Positions 63,787 to 64,000 of a DNA stretch of 64,000 nucleotides are shown here, in pieces. Both the position numbers and the translations under genes were made by a program. Each line of letters opens with the position of its first letter. The first letter of the stretch is position 1. The stretch covers positions 10,416,001-10,480,000 of the forward strand of contig OZ234494.1 of NCBI GenBank assembly GCA_965153455.1. The letters run 5' to 3'. The stretch comes from Sphagnum compactum (taxonomy: Eukaryota). Below the pieces are notes generated by a model. The model saw only the letters and a list, made by a program, of their open reading frames with translations, did not search any database and was not told where the DNA came from.

Positions 63787-63960
63787 CTGATTTGTGGTAG
63801 AAGACATTGGGCAACCCAAAGGAAAACTCATCATCTTTCAGATCCTCTGTTCCAATCTTTGCATGTCGAGGGGGCAGGATTTACAGACCTTGCAGACAAG
63901 ACTTGAGGTCAAGACTTGCTTGCAGAAGAATATTGTAGCAAAGATTGTTCCTGGATAACT
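63787..63960 (-). other. Possible terminal exon and 3' UTR of a gene entering from beyond the window
   Basis: Acceptor-like tttttccttag / ttatccag at about 63950-63968 on the minus strand, followed by non-repetitive sequence. The reading frame cannot be fixed. Confidence 0.25.
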
Positions 63961-64000
63961 AAGGAAAAACCCTGTAACAATATCAAATTCATTAGCACAC

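Overview
Eukaryotic, intron-containing, AT-rich and transposon-dense DNA from a land plant. The repeat and TE content suggests a moss such as Sphagnum; this is inference and was not verified. The clearest gene is on the minus strand (6823->457), with 9 exons and about 1115 aa, and I could assemble it with GT-AG junctions in one open frame. It joins an XRCC4-type N-terminal head domain, through about 750 aa of low-complexity linker, to a C-terminal DUF3444 domain. I do not recognise this architecture, and it lacks the Ligase-IV-binding coiled coil of canonical XRCC4. Other gene-like features are an orphan Ser/Pro-rich ORF (27341->26805), a disabled Gln/His-rich gene fragment (about 15.24-16.83 kb) and a possible terminal exon at the right edge. 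Mobile DNA dominates the rest: a degenerate endonuclease-bearing Helentron (Rep + PIF1 + AP-endonuclease), a full-length decayed Ty3/Gypsy element (both LTRs, PBS, PPT, TSD), two CRE-like RLE non-LTR elements, two decayed hAT transposases, a non-autonomous CACTA, tRNA-derived SINEs and many MITEs and hairpins. All domain calls come from motif recognition by eye, not from database searches.
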